The notes below the pieces were generated by a model. That model ran no database searches, was not told the origin of the DNA, and saw nothing but the letters and a program-made list of their open reading frames with translations. The translations under genes were made by a program, and so were the position numbers. A stretch of DNA of 63,769 bases, counting the filler, from Reticulomyxa filosa (lineage: Eukaryota > Protista > Foraminifera): assembly GCA_000512085.1 (NCBI GenBank). It is 19 parts of 19 records of this genome, joined end to end, with 100 filler letters (N's around TTAATTAATTAA, not from the genome) between each part and the next. Parts side by side here need not be neighbours in the genome. Positions count along the whole stretch, not along the records: positions 49,651 to 62,032 come from ASPP01028629.1; positions 62,133 to 63,769 come from ASPP01037973.1; 17 more parts are not named here. The stretch is one strand, 5' to 3'. This document shows, in pieces, positions 51,031 to 63,520 of this stretch (positions are counted from its first letter, which is position 1; each line of letters begins with the position of its first letter).

Positions 51031-52340
51031 ATGCCAAAAAGACAGTTTGGTGAATTTTGTGTTGTTTTGGTTGAAATGAAGAGGAGCTTTTTGCAATAAT
51101 CTGTGTTTGTATTCAAATGTAATCACTTGAACACAGCGCAATATTACCAGTGAAAGACGTGAACCAGTCGGCATTTGTCCGTCGATTGGCTTCATGGTTG
51201 AAGAAATCTGGAAAAGTGGTAACACCAGCATGGTTAGACTATGTAAAAACTGGTCACTTCAAAGAGTTTTCACCACAAAACCCCGATTGGTTTTACACAA
51301 GAATGGGTATGTTTTATTTTTATTTTTAAGACTTGTAACTTGAATGCGATAACCCGTCACAAAAAAAAAACTTTTTTTTTTTAAAAAATTTCATTCACAT
51401 TTTTGATGGGTGGTCTGTGTATGTATGAATTGTTATGAATAAAAGTATGTATGTGCGTGTTTGTATTTTAAAAATGTATCAAATAGCCGCTGTTGCTCGA
51501 CGTGTGTATATGCGTTGTCCCAGTGGTGTTGGCGCACTTTCAAGAAGATTTGGTGGCAAAAATAAAAGAAGAGGTGTCCGACCAAATCACACTGCTAAAG
51601 GCAGCAGAAAAATCATTCGACAGTTTGTTAATTAATTTTTTTTTTTCTCCCGTCCCTACTCCCCCCCCCCCTTCCTCTCTCTGCCCCCTTCGTGTTCTCT
51701 CCCTCCTCCCTTTTTCCAATTCTCTTCTTCACATACCAACAATACGCCACTTCTTTTCTCTATGCGCAATTCCGTATGTGTGTTTGTGCGGCTCGAAATG
51801 GATTGTGTAAAGCTCGTTGAAAGAATGGGAAAAAATGGGCTTTGTGAAAAAAGCTTACAAAGGCAGAAAGTTGACCGCAAATGGTCGATTGTTTATGGAT
51901 GAGTTCAGCGGACGAGTCCGTCGATCTAGAATGGTCACCGACTACTACAATCGAAAAGCCAAATTTGAAAAACAAAAGAGAAAAAAGGAAAGACGTGAAG
52001 CCGCTGCCGCTGCTGGACAGACTACCGGACAAGTTTGGTTTTCTTATTGTTGTTATTGTTATATTGTCGTTCACTACTTCTACAAACGTTGCAAACGTAT
52101 TCGTGCTTATATTATTATTTTAAATATTACTTTCAAACAAAGGCACTTGTTTCAACCAAAAAAAATATCGATTTTTTTTTAAATGAAAAGTCATTTAAAT
52201 TACATACAAACAATACACATACGTCAAAAATATGATAATATGTTGGAATATAGTATATTGTCATTATTATTGTATAATTATACACAAAAAAAAAAAAATA
52301 GGGTCCAGCAAAAGTTGTTGAACAAGAACGATTTCACTAA
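51031..52340 (+). CDS. RPS19: 40S ribosomal protein eS19, 5 exons (51031-51044, 51137-51306, 51487-51622, 51813-52032, 52302-52340), 192 aa
   Basis: VKDVNQSAFV..LASWLKKSGK...PAWLDYVKTGHFKE..PQNPDWFYTRMAAVARRVYMR..GVG...FGG...RGVRPNH..KGS..IIR...GRKLT..G. The exon phases sum to 579 nt. Confidence 0.96.
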
Positions 52341-53719
52341 TTCCAATACTTTTGTTCCATTTGGAATAAATGTAACAAACAGAAAACCTCCTTGTTGTTG
52401 CTTTGATGAATTATCGATTTTAGCAATCAAAACTGGTGTTTTCATTACAATTTTTCCAATAACCGCAAAAAGTTTTTCTTCTTGAACTTAAACTGACTGC
52501 TTACGCTGTGTCAACTATTTTAACACTCCAGTGCATATGGAGATTGTTTGGAAATTTTTGAAAACTAGTTATTGAACAAAAAAAAAGATATTACTATTAA
52601 AATCTATTTGATCAAAAAGTTCATTTCATTCTTGGAAAAGACAAATATTAATGAAATGAAATTTGTCAAATTTTTGTTAATTTGTACGATTATGAGACAG
52701 TCGCAATCATTGACATTTTAATATTTTTTTTTTACAAAAAAGCGAAAGAAGCAATCTACTTGAAAACAGTATTTCTTTTTTTTTGGGGGGTATTAAGGAA
52801 AAAACGTACAAAAATCGTCAACAAGTAGCTCAATTCTTTTTTTTTTCACTCACAAACTTTGAACTCTTCACAGAGACAAGCTTGTGAAAACAATTGACAA
52901 GGAGAAGGTACGAACTGGTCTTAGTCTTTGACACTGGCAAAATTAGTGAGAGAATTTGTTGAAGTACCAGTTTACGCAAAAATACTGAAAATGCATATAT
53001 AAATTCAAAATGCATTTCAAACAAAAAATTTGTTAATTTAAAAACTGAAATATACAGGTGTTGTATTTTCTTATTTCGAATTTTTTTTTAATAAAGAAAA
53101 AAATTTAATTGTAAGAAATGTTCAGAAAAGTGATTCTCTCTAAAAAATAAGTGTCATCCTAAAAAAACAATAAAAAAATTAACTTGACATGTAATTTGAT
53201 AGAAATTTCTGTCAAATCTTTTTTTTTAAAATTAAAAAAAGGATTAAAATGGATTTATTTTTGTTATTGTATATTTTTTTAATTTTTTTGAAATAGAAAA
53301 GTGTGTTAAATTATACATTGTTTCTGGAAAAGGGTTTAAAAAAACTTGAGTAAATACAAAACTTTTTTTCAAGTTTTTTCTTTGTTTCATAAAGCTATTA
53401 ACAACTACCAACTGAACAAAAGAATGCCTTCTAAAACTTTTTTTTACTTGAAAAAAGGCTATCTAAAACAACGTTTGCCTATCTGGACTTAAAAAGTCTG
53501 GAAAAAAATTTATCAAAGACTGCCAATGATAGAATAATAAATATTACATCATATTTTAACATTGTTGAAAATCGTCAAAAATTAAAAGCCAAATTTAGAA
53601 CGCAGCATGTTTCCTTTTTTATTCGTTCTATTCATAGTTTTGTTACTGTTTTTCTATATGATTATTTATTTAAAATAAAAAATTTTTCAAGCGACAAGTC
53701 CCAACTGAAAAATTTTTTC

Positions 53720-54030
53720 CAAGCAGCACTTTTGATTGATTTGTTCTATCATAACGAAAAAACAAAACAAAAACTGACTTTAAAAATTAGAAGAAAATTA
53801 CTTTACAATGTGGACCAGTTTAAAAAACGGGGAAATGGAAGCGTATGTACTGAAAAAGGGCTTGTCCTTATCGCAGACAGAGACCTTGTCACTAACAATG
53901 CGATACTCGTTATTGCGGGGCCGGCATTTGCCCTTGGTCTTTGCCGTGTGGACCAAGCAAATACTTTTCCAAGGGAAACTCACGTGTTAATATTGCAGTC
54001 ACTACTGCAGCAAGATGTTGATAAATTCAA
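53720..54030 (+). repeat. Dispersed ~300-bp repeat/pseudogene 5' segment, second copy at ~60745-61065
   Basis: Shared AGCACTTTTGATTGATTTGTT...CAAYGTGGAYCAGTTTAAAAA. The translations are EAYVLKKGLSLSQTETLSLTMRYSLLRGRHL and EVYVLTKGLSLPQTATLSLPMRYSLVRGRYL. Confidence 0.8.
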
Positions 54031-55639
54031 CCTTCGCGAGCAGATAATACAAGAAAAGAACACTGTGAATACAGGATCAATCGTATCGATCGACTTCAAC
54101 AATATCTCCAGCATCGACACAGATGGCAACAATAGTGATAACAATAATCAGAATGAAACAATAAACAAAGAGCAAGAGCAATTACGGAACAAGACATTGG
54201 AGCAATTGTTGGAAACCGAAAATATGCAGCGCCTGGAATATTTGACTTTTCAACATCATTTGGTTGCTATTTGTTGCCGATTAAATGACAGCGTTCTATG
54301 TGATTCGCATGGCAATGTGTCGCGACAAGTTGATGATGTACCACCATACCGAACGATATACAATTGCACGCGCAGACATTGATCATTTGTAACATGGCCA
54401 TTATCGCGTCAAGAAAGACTGAACTTTGGTCAAAATAATTGCTTCCAAAAAGTGTTGAAGGTTAAATGGGTCCATGTACATGTATACGTATACGTACATA
54501 CGTATTTATTTATTAAAAAAAAAAATAGAAATATCAATTGTGCTGTCAGTTAATTGTACCAAAGATAGCAAAAATTTGATAAATGAATTATGAAAAACAG
54601 CTGCTGAATCACATTTGACACACGCATCTTGTGACCCATTTGGCATTGATATGTGAACTTGATAGCGACATTTTGATGCCACATACTTGCTTGGCGTCTC
54701 GCAATTTTGGTGATTGTTATTGTTAATATTCTCTTTTGTCAAGATTGTTTATTATCATAGACAATCGAAAAATCATGATATCACTTATTAGTCAAAACCT
54801 TGGTATTAACTAACTTTTTTTTTTTTTGTCAATCAGTACTTTGTCTTCTGAACATAATTTTTGTTTGTGTACTTGTCAATATAAGATACATGGATTTGGC
54901 CGTTGAAACATTTTTTTTTATTTGATACGTACATGTACACTGTTTTCAAATAAATAATTAGTGTTTGTACGTATTTTTTTTTTTAAATAAATTTAAATTC
55001 TCTTAACATTGCATTCGATAAATAATTTGTTGTGTCCAATTTTGTGTGCTTTTTATTGTTGGACATGTTCTAATGTTTGATGGTTTTTTTAATTTGACTT
55101 TTTTGAATGATAATTAAAAAAAAGAACATGAATCAGTTTGGTCAGTACTAGACCAGCCAAATGTCATCACAAATGGTTTTTTTTTTTTCTGAAAACGAAA
55201 AATGATGACTGTGAGACGTTATTGAGTTTTTCAAAATTGGGTCATTTTTTGTGGTTTGTGGGTCATTTTTGAACTGGTTTTTATAAAAAAAGCACTTTTT
55301 TTCTAAAAAAAAAATTTCCAAAAAGTCTTGGACGGGGGGATGTTGTTCAAGTTTTTTTATGTTGATTTTTTTAATGCTTCTTTTCTGACAACAAAGAATA
55401 AAGCTTAAGTAGCCTTTGCTCACAGAAAACAAAAGAGAAAGAGCGTTAGAAGCAAATCATGGAAGTAAATAGGCGAATGGCGACATTAGGGAAGTAGTCT
55501 CAACGACAGAAGTGACAAAAACAGAACGTAACGAAGAATCATAACTTAACAATTGAGCCAACAATCAAAAAAGATCAAGTGATTGATTGGCAAGTATGTG
55601 GTTTAAGTCGTCGAGCACAAGACTGGACAATTTAAAAAA

Positions 55640-55870
55640 TATTAATGAAAAGAAAATATTCATTCACAATAATCGCTGAGAAGGAAGTTGTGTGGGACAT
55701 TAAGGAACAATTGTACCATGTTGAGACTATGATGACCAATTGACGAAAGTTGACACCTCCAGCGAACTTGAACAAAACTACGAATTTCCTGATGCCAAGT
55801 CATTACATTTGGTGCTGAACGATTCAAATGAATAGAAGTTGTTCAAATTAAACTTTATTAGATTTGAAAT
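55640..55870 (+). pseudogene. Actin internal fragment (about residues 195-270), degenerate
   Basis: YSFTIIAEKEVVWDIKEQLYHV/DYDDQLTKVDTSSELEQNYEFPD/QVITFGAERFK*.EV aligns with actin [25 protein letters not shown]...[26 protein letters not shown]. Confidence 0.9.
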
Positions 55871-57038
55871 ATCAATTGCGAAAGGAAGCCACAAAAAAGG
55901 GTATGTTTGTATGAAAAAAAAAAATAGAGAAATTCAAGGACAAACTCGACAGCATGCTCGATTATGCTACTTGTTAGTAATTGAATAACTAATAGTAGGT
56001 GTGAACAAAATGAATGATCCTTCAACAACTACGCTCAAGATCGCTTTGGGGAAATCAGATCAACCAGTTGTATTTATAATATTAAAGGAGTGGGCGATGT
56101 GATCACTGGGACGTATTGAACAAAGAACAATTACACTTTGGTGTCTCAGGGCAAAATTTTACTAATTTTTTAATGAAAATATTTTTTTTTTTATCGTGCA
56201 GTATTACCACCACAAAATATTAGCACGAGTTCAATTTTAATATTCAATATTTTCGCAAATCAATATATCATATTTCTTTACACGTTTTTAATACTTGCTG
56301 AGAAAAAAATATCACTCGATGATTTTCTCACAAGTACGGTTTTGCTGATTTTCGTAACATGCAAAAATATTTATTTATTTTGACCGCATTGATACTATCG
56401 ATCCTTTTTTATTTGAAATGTAATTTGAAAATACGCTTTTTCGCGTTTTGGAGTATTTACGTTTATCAACGATGAGGAATGTTCATCAAAGACGTTGGTT
56501 CAATTATTCGTTATAAAGTACAACGGAATGAGGGAACAAGACCGCTCGAAAAGACAGAAGCTCTGTCGACAGTCAAAATTGTAACCCTTGTTTCTTTATA
56601 TTGTGTTTTCACAAAACATGGGTCTTGTCAATTTTTTACGCGTTGAAATACGTTGTTTTTTCTCTATTATTCTTTCATAAGCATATTCACAGAGAAAGAA
56701 GTAATCTTCGCACGAAATAAATCATTGTATTTCTTTCCATTTGTAAGGAAATTACTCAATTGCTTGCAGAACAAATATTTACAAGATGCAAGTCTTTTTT
56801 GATGTGTGTTGAGTTGCTGTCGTTGCAACGCAAAACTAAATAAAAGTGTCACACACCCAGGCTGAAGATAATGAAACAAAAGATTTGCCTTCAAACAGCA
56901 GATATTGTAATAGGAGGTAAAAAACAGTATTGATCTACTTTTTGAATAAAAAAATGAACAGCACTTTGAGTCCTTTTTTGGTGAAACTGTAATTTTCATC
57001 TTTTTTTGTATTTGGTGCTTGCATTTTTTTTCACAAAC

Positions 57039-58260
57039 TTAGATAGAATTCAACAGTTTTTGTTTGCTTTGGTCTTTACAACGTTTTGAAGAACACAAGC
57101 TCCGGATTATCGTTGTCATCGCATTTGGCAAAGTGACTGGTGCCACATTATTGCTATTGTTATTGTTATCATTTGTGGACGATGCAGAAGTACTAGCATT
57201 GGTCCCTTCCATCAAAGGCATTGCATCTGAAGTGAGACGCCACGATCCAAAAGGCTTTGTGGCAACGCCAGACGAGCCTGTGGCAATAACTCTTAAAAAA
57301 AAAACTTTTGACTCCGTCTTTTTGAGCCCCTACTGATGGGGGTCCATCACGGCACAGCGGTGATTCCAGTCGCGACTCTGATGGTCAGTTTCGTAAACGT
57401 GGATTCGCTGTTGGAAGTCATGGACGATGATGATGACTGCTCTTCTTTTGGCATTGTCGACATTCGACTTCCTAAAAGCAACTCCAAAATGTCGTTATCA
57501 AAGTCGTCTGTCACTTTGTTCTCCTCGCCAAATGGAGTCACAAACTGCGTGTTCCACCACGTGGTTCGGCAGCCGTTCCGACAACTCCATTCACTAATTT
57601 TTTGCTATCTTCGAATATTGTTAACTCCCCATTTCTTTTTTTTTTTTTTTTTTATTTTTTTTTTAAATAAAAAAAAATCAATAAATAAGTATACATAAAT
57701 GTGTACGTATATACATATGTTACATATTATATATGTACATATATATTTAAACTGTAAAAACTTTTCGAATACGATCATCAGCATTCGCAAGGGAGGGATT
57801 GAAATGGACGCAGTTATTGCCATGGAGATAAAGAGAGGACAGTGAACGGATCGACACCATTTGCGGCCAAAGTAAGGTCTTTGCACGACGCGAATGATGA
57901 GTGTATGTTCTTCTTCTTCTTCTTCTTCGTTGGTCTTGATCTACTTCCAAATGGTGATTGATGCTTTTTCCTATCGACAGCGACGACGACGACGACGCTG
58001 CTACAATGAAGGACTCTGTGGAATCTACTTTCCACATTCATGATTTGGCTTGGACTGTCTTCTCTTTCTTTGTTTGCAGCCTCAAAACTACAATATATGC
58101 ACACAAACACAAACATATGCATTTGACAAAAAAAAAAAAAAAAAAAATAATAATGGGAAAAAAAAAATGTTGTGGATTAATTATAGTAAATTATGTGGTT
58201 GTTATGAATAAATAACCTTTGGTCTTTTCAAATGATCGGAAGCCCACGACAAAAGTAAAT
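57039..58260 (-). pseudogene. Disrupted multi-exon low-complexity coding relic downstream of the actin fragment
   Basis: Exon-like GC blocks with short Ser/Thr/Asn-rich ORFs broken by stops (e.g. TGA at 57347). Confidence 0.35.
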
Positions 58261-58364
58261 AGCAACTAGTGTCTCTGTCGTTTTGGGCGTTTCCAATTTG
58301 TAATTCTGTTCATACAAATCTTTCATTTCTTTTTTTGCATTTTTTTTTTTGCGGCAATACCATT

Positions 58365-58590
58365 GTCACCATGTTGTTGCACATGTCTTTTTTTTCTGGT
58401 ATCAGCATCGCATTTCATGATGGATTGGAAAATCAATTTGTGCACGCCTTCTTGTTCAAATCCAATCAAGTTTGTTCTCTGGAAGTCTCAGCTTTCTTCA
58501 ATTCATTGTCATAGTCTAAAGCAACAGAGGACAATTTTTCGTCATCAGCCCGCTATTGGTGAATGAACATCCTCGTTCTCAAAGGTTTTT
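58365..58590 (-). pseudogene. Second actin internal fragment with internal deletions
   Basis: RGCSFTNS.../EKLSSVALDYDNELKKAETS.../NLIGFEQEGVHKLIFQSIMKCDADTRK/DMCNNMV aligns with actin ...[26 protein letters not shown]. Confidence 0.88.
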
Positions 58591-61199
58591 TTTTCCAATT
58601 ATCCAATCTTGTGCTTCACGACGTACTCCACATACTTGCCAAGCAAGCAATCCATTTTTTTTTTTTTTTTTTTGATGATTTGATCGATCTCTGGTTTATG
58701 ATTCTTCGTTCCGGCAGGTCTTTCTTTTTCTGTCGTTGAGTTGACTTCAATAATGTCTTCCATCGCCTTTTCACTTCCATGGCTTTATTCCAACGATCTT
58801 CATCTTTCCTTTTCTGATAAAAAACGTCACTGGAACTCATTGTTTGTTGGTTAAGCTCGACACATTACAAAAACCAACATAAAAAAAAATGAATCATATC
58901 CCCCCTATCAAACGTTTTTGGAAATTTTTTTTTTGACAAAAAGTGGTTTTTTTATAAAAATTGGTTCAAAAAAAATCAAAAATGACCCACAAATTACAAA
59001 AAATGACCCAAATCGAAAAAATGAAAGAACAATGCTTGCTTGTCAATAATACCATTTTCATCTTTTTTGGAGAACAAAAAAAAAAGATGTGATATTTGCC
59101 GGTACATAATTCAACGATGATCATTAATTTTTTTATTTTGAATTTTTTTTCATAAAATTAAAAATTTTGTTACCGTTGTTCAACGACTCAACGGTAAAAA
59201 GTCAACCAAAAAGTAACACAAAAAATTCATTAGAGCAACCTTGCAAACGATGTTACAAAATAAAATAAAAAAAAAAAAACTTTCAAATCAATTTAAAAAA
59301 AGTATTTCAACTAAGTTTTAAAAAAAAAATTTTTTTTTACAATGGGCTCTTTTTGTCTTGTTATGGTGCGTCTTCAAAACTAAAAAGTAAAACAATTCAT
59401 ATCAAAACACACAAACACTTTCAAAAATGAAAAAAAAAGAAAAAAGAAAATGATACCATTCATTTGGAATTGATAATGTGCATAGCACAGTAAGTGCTTA
59501 TTGCAATCCATTGAGCCATACAATCAAACACTATCCAAGCAAATGCTGTAATTAAAAAAATACTTTCAACGGATGGGCACTAGCTTTTTTCATAATTAAG
59601 AAATTGGATTTTTTTTGATTACTTAAATCTATAAGTGTTTTTAAATAATTACTTTGGTACGTATTTTTTTTTAAAAAAAAGTGTAGAACATGTAAGTATC
59701 AAATTAAAAAAAAAAGAGCACTTTTCTCAACTGTTAAATCCAAGGCCTTTTATATCATTGCCAAGTGCTCAATATTTTTGTGAGTGGCAAATAGCAAATC
59801 TTTAGTGTAGACTTTCACTATTTACCTTTATTCATGTCATGTGAAGGTTCACTTACTCAATTTTCTTTGCTCTTGCTACGGTCATAGCCATTTATACTTT
59901 CGCTTTTACTTTTGCTTCCATTTCTGCTTCTGGTTCGAGTGGATGAAGTTGAAGTCATACTTGCTTCACACGTTCGATATCGATGTCCGTTCCTATGTTT
60001 GACCCTCAACAGACTCTTAGTCCAGCTTCGGTCTAGTCCCCTCGACTTGCTGTTGTTCGATGCTTCACCACCTCGATGGAAGTCCCTTTGTCTATTTCTG
60101 TTTCGACTTGTGTCCCAATGTTGGCCTTCGTCGCGCTCTCTCGATAACATGCTATGCAGTATCGCACATAAGACACAAAGCAACAATAACATCATTGTCA
60201 GCTGAAAATATAGAGTAAAAAAAAAAAAAAAAACTGACCAAAGCGTGTAAATGTGGAGACGTTGCGAGAGCTGGTGTTACAAGAAATATAGGACGAAGCA
60301 ATGGATGACACTATTTCGCCATTGTAATTGTGCTTATAATTGAAATTGAAATTATAATGATAATTATAGGTGTGATTGTAATGATTATTGTCCAAGTGGG
60401 ATGCCATGTGATTGTTGCTCCACATCTTTGTCATTTTGTAGTCATATATGATTTTTTTGTCTTTCCAGTTTGTATCCCAAACAGAACATTTCACACCACC
60501 ACAAGACTCAACTTATTACTAACATTCCAAACAAGTCCATGTACAAACAAAAAAGAAAATGATAACTGACGATTCCATTTGTCACAGAAAAACCACTTGG
60601 AAAGTCATCACAGTGCAACATCTTTCTAAAATGAATTCACTTTTTTATACTCTTTTAGTCTTAATGACGCGCCTGTTAGTTGTCCGCACTAAGCAAAAAA
60701 GTTTGACTTATGTTTGGAAGGAAAGTTCTTTTAAACATTTTACAATAAGCACTTTTGATTGATTTGTTTCTCTTAGCAACAGAAAAAACAAAAAATTGAC
60801 TTTAAACAACCAAAATAAAGTTACTTGATAAGAAAATATTACAACGTGGATCAGTTTAAAAACAGGGAAATAGAAGTGTACGTATTGACAAAAGGCTTGT
60901 CCTTACCACAGACAGCGACCTTGTCACTGCCAATGCGTTACTCATTAGTACGAGGCCGATATTTAGCATTGACAAAATCTTTGCTTGTTCGACATGGCAA
61001 AGACCAAACGAAACTCAAGGAACTAGAGTGTTACGTGTTAATATTGTAGTCACTACTGCACCAAGCAAATCGTATCATTGTACTTTGGTATTAACTTTAC
61101 TTTTTTCTTCAAACAGTTGTCTTTGTGAACATAAAATAATTGTTTGTTTGTATGTACTTGTCAATGTACATATATATAACACTTTGGTTTTTTAAGAAA

Positions 61200-62032
61200 A
61201 AGGACATTAGGTCCACATTATTGCAGCCTTTGTTCTGCTATCAACCAGACTATTTTTGGACACATTTGTTATCAATGGAACTAACTTGTAAAGAACACAA
61301 GAACGATAATGCGGTAATTTTTTGTTGGTGAGGAATGTTTGAATCGGTACTTGGAGAAAAATGACAATCAATGTCCATTAGATAATCATGATTCTTGTAA
61401 ATACAAGAAAAAGACGTCAATACGTAAAAACGTAAAGAATTTAACAGTGATATGTCCCCGACAATTTGCCAAAAATACAAATGCGAATTCAGAAATGGAT
61501 ATGTGTTGTATATTTAATGGAAAGATAAAAGAACATTTGGATGAATCGTGTCCGTTGCGACCTTTGAAATGTAGATTCAAAGAATTTGGTCGTAACGATA
61601 TTCTATTCCAATCTAATTTTGAACAGCATTTACAATTGAAAATGGAAAGACATTTGGATTTATTGTTATCGTATATTGGAGAATTGCGAAAAGAACTTGA
61701 GTATCATCAAACTTGCCAAGTATTTTTTATTAATAATAAAAAAAAGAATTTCAAAGCGATTAATTAAATAATTTGTGGTATAAAAAAAAAAAATTAAATA
61801 TTGAAAATAAAGGAACAAATAGAAAAACTTCGTTTGGAAAAGAAAGAGCAAGCAACACAAATTAGAACGTTAAGAAAAAAAAATGGCAAAGATGGATTCT
61901 CACTTATCACACTGCTGAAAGTGTTGAAGGTATCGATTTTTCATCATTTGCTGGAGGACGATATTTGTGTTCTGGGTCATGGGATTGTACCACTTACCAA
62001 TTGCCGCAGTGCCAGTGTAACCCAGTAAAAAT
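61200..62032 (+). pseudogene. RING/TRAF-type zinc finger + coiled coil + WD40 start, disrupted
   Basis: MELTCKEH.../EECLNRYL...CP..NHDSC...LTVICPRQF...C.FNGKIKEHLDESCPLRPLKCRFKEFG...QHL; the end reads FAGGRYLCSGSWD. The 5' part is frameshifted. Confidence 0.75.
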
Positions 62033-62199
62033 NNNNNNNNNNNNNNNNNNNNNNNNNNNNNNNNNNNNNNNNNNNNTTAATTAATTAANNNNNNNNNNNN
62101 NNNNNNNNNNNNNNNNNNNNNNNNNNNNNNNNTAACCAAAGATGTTAATATTTACTGTTTTTTAGAAAGTTTCTAAAAAAATGTAGCATAACCTTTGCC

Positions 62200-63520
62200 A
62201 CTGTTCATTTATGCTAATTGAGAAACGAAACTTAAATTATGAGATATTAAATCAAAAGAACAACAACAATTGATTTTACGTATATGAAGAATCATTTTAG
62301 GGCTTGTAATTTTCTTTGGGTATGATTCATTGTACTTGCAATTTCCTACGTACTTACTTAATGTTGATGTGAAGGTACTCCTTGCACTATTATTCTTTGG
62401 ATTTGGTTGCTTAGCATTGACGGTCAATCTAATCGATCAAGATTTCTTTTTCGATCCTCAGTCTTTTGTTTTCCGGCATTGGAATCCATTACCGGATCGT
62501 AGATTATTGTGAAAAGGATATCTTTTTAGATAAAACAAAGGCTTGAAAAGATTAAATTAAGATTTAAAATATTTGGTAAAGGCAGTGTCACAATTTGAGC
62601 TTGTTTTGGTTCAAAAGGCATTAGGCGAATAAAGCAATAAAAAATGGCTTGAATGAAGCAATAAACAGTTTGAAATGAATATAAAAGAAACAAACTATTT
62701 AGTAATTTTATTTTCTTGTAATTGGCAGTTTCGATGAAAATAATAGCAATACAAGTGCTTTTTTTCAATTACATATCAATTGTTGTTGATGTTACAATGA
62801 CAACAAGCACTTGTCAACTGCATTTCATTGCATCCAATTTGTTCATTTGCTTCTTTTAGTCATTAACATTAATATTTGTAAATTTATCTACTCTTTTGTG
62901 TTCAATCTCTGATATTTTGCATATTTATTAATCTCTTACTGGTGATTAAAATGAAAACTTGTTTTCATTCTTTTTGTTATTACAATTGTAAAATACTAAC
63001 ACTAATACATTCCACCATTTCCATATAATGAACTGTCTATCTTTTGCATTAATAAATCTGACAATAACAACATCATAATATGATTTGTTCAATTTTGTAA
63101 GAAAGTTTTATTTTGTAAAATCTTTTGCGGGAAACTACAACTCTTTCTTGAATAATGTATCACTACTTCTACAATTTTTTTGTTCACTTTTACAGTCTTA
63201 TCAACTTTCTTTTCCTTCAACACTAATTCTTATCGTTTCTTCAATTTGTGTGGGCTTTCAATTCAAATGAAGATGAAGAGCTTATAGAAGTGATAATCTT
63301 TTTATACATTCACTCAATAATGACATATCAACTACTTGATGTCATTTTCTTTCACATTTTTAAGATTTTTCCATATATTATTGTCATTGTATTCACTGAT
63401 AGCAATTACTATTACAAATACATTTTTTAAAGAAGTGATTTCACTTTTCCATTTGCATTCATTCGATACATAATTCAAATTGTTTATTTGACTGTTTGCA
63501 TTTTTCCCAACAAATAACAA
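62200..63520 (-). pseudogene. Possible caspase-like (peptidase C14 fold) gene relic
   Basis: LKNVFVIVIAISEYNDNNIWKNLKNVKENDI resembles the C14 N-terminal strand-helix (AL.I.I..Y......L.....D). Downstream sequence is decayed and the catalytic HG/C motifs are not recoverable. Confidence 0.4.

Noticed and set aside
51045-52301. Intronic snoRNAs in RPS19
   Set aside because: No convincing C (RUGAUGA) plus D (CUGA) box pair or H/ACA structure was seen.
8181-62132. Regularly recurring TTAATTAATTAA palindrome as a biological repeat, CRISPR array or piggyBac site
   Set aside because: It is always centred in exactly 44+44 N, so it is an artificial six-frame stop linker. Any gene-cluster inference across it is invalid.
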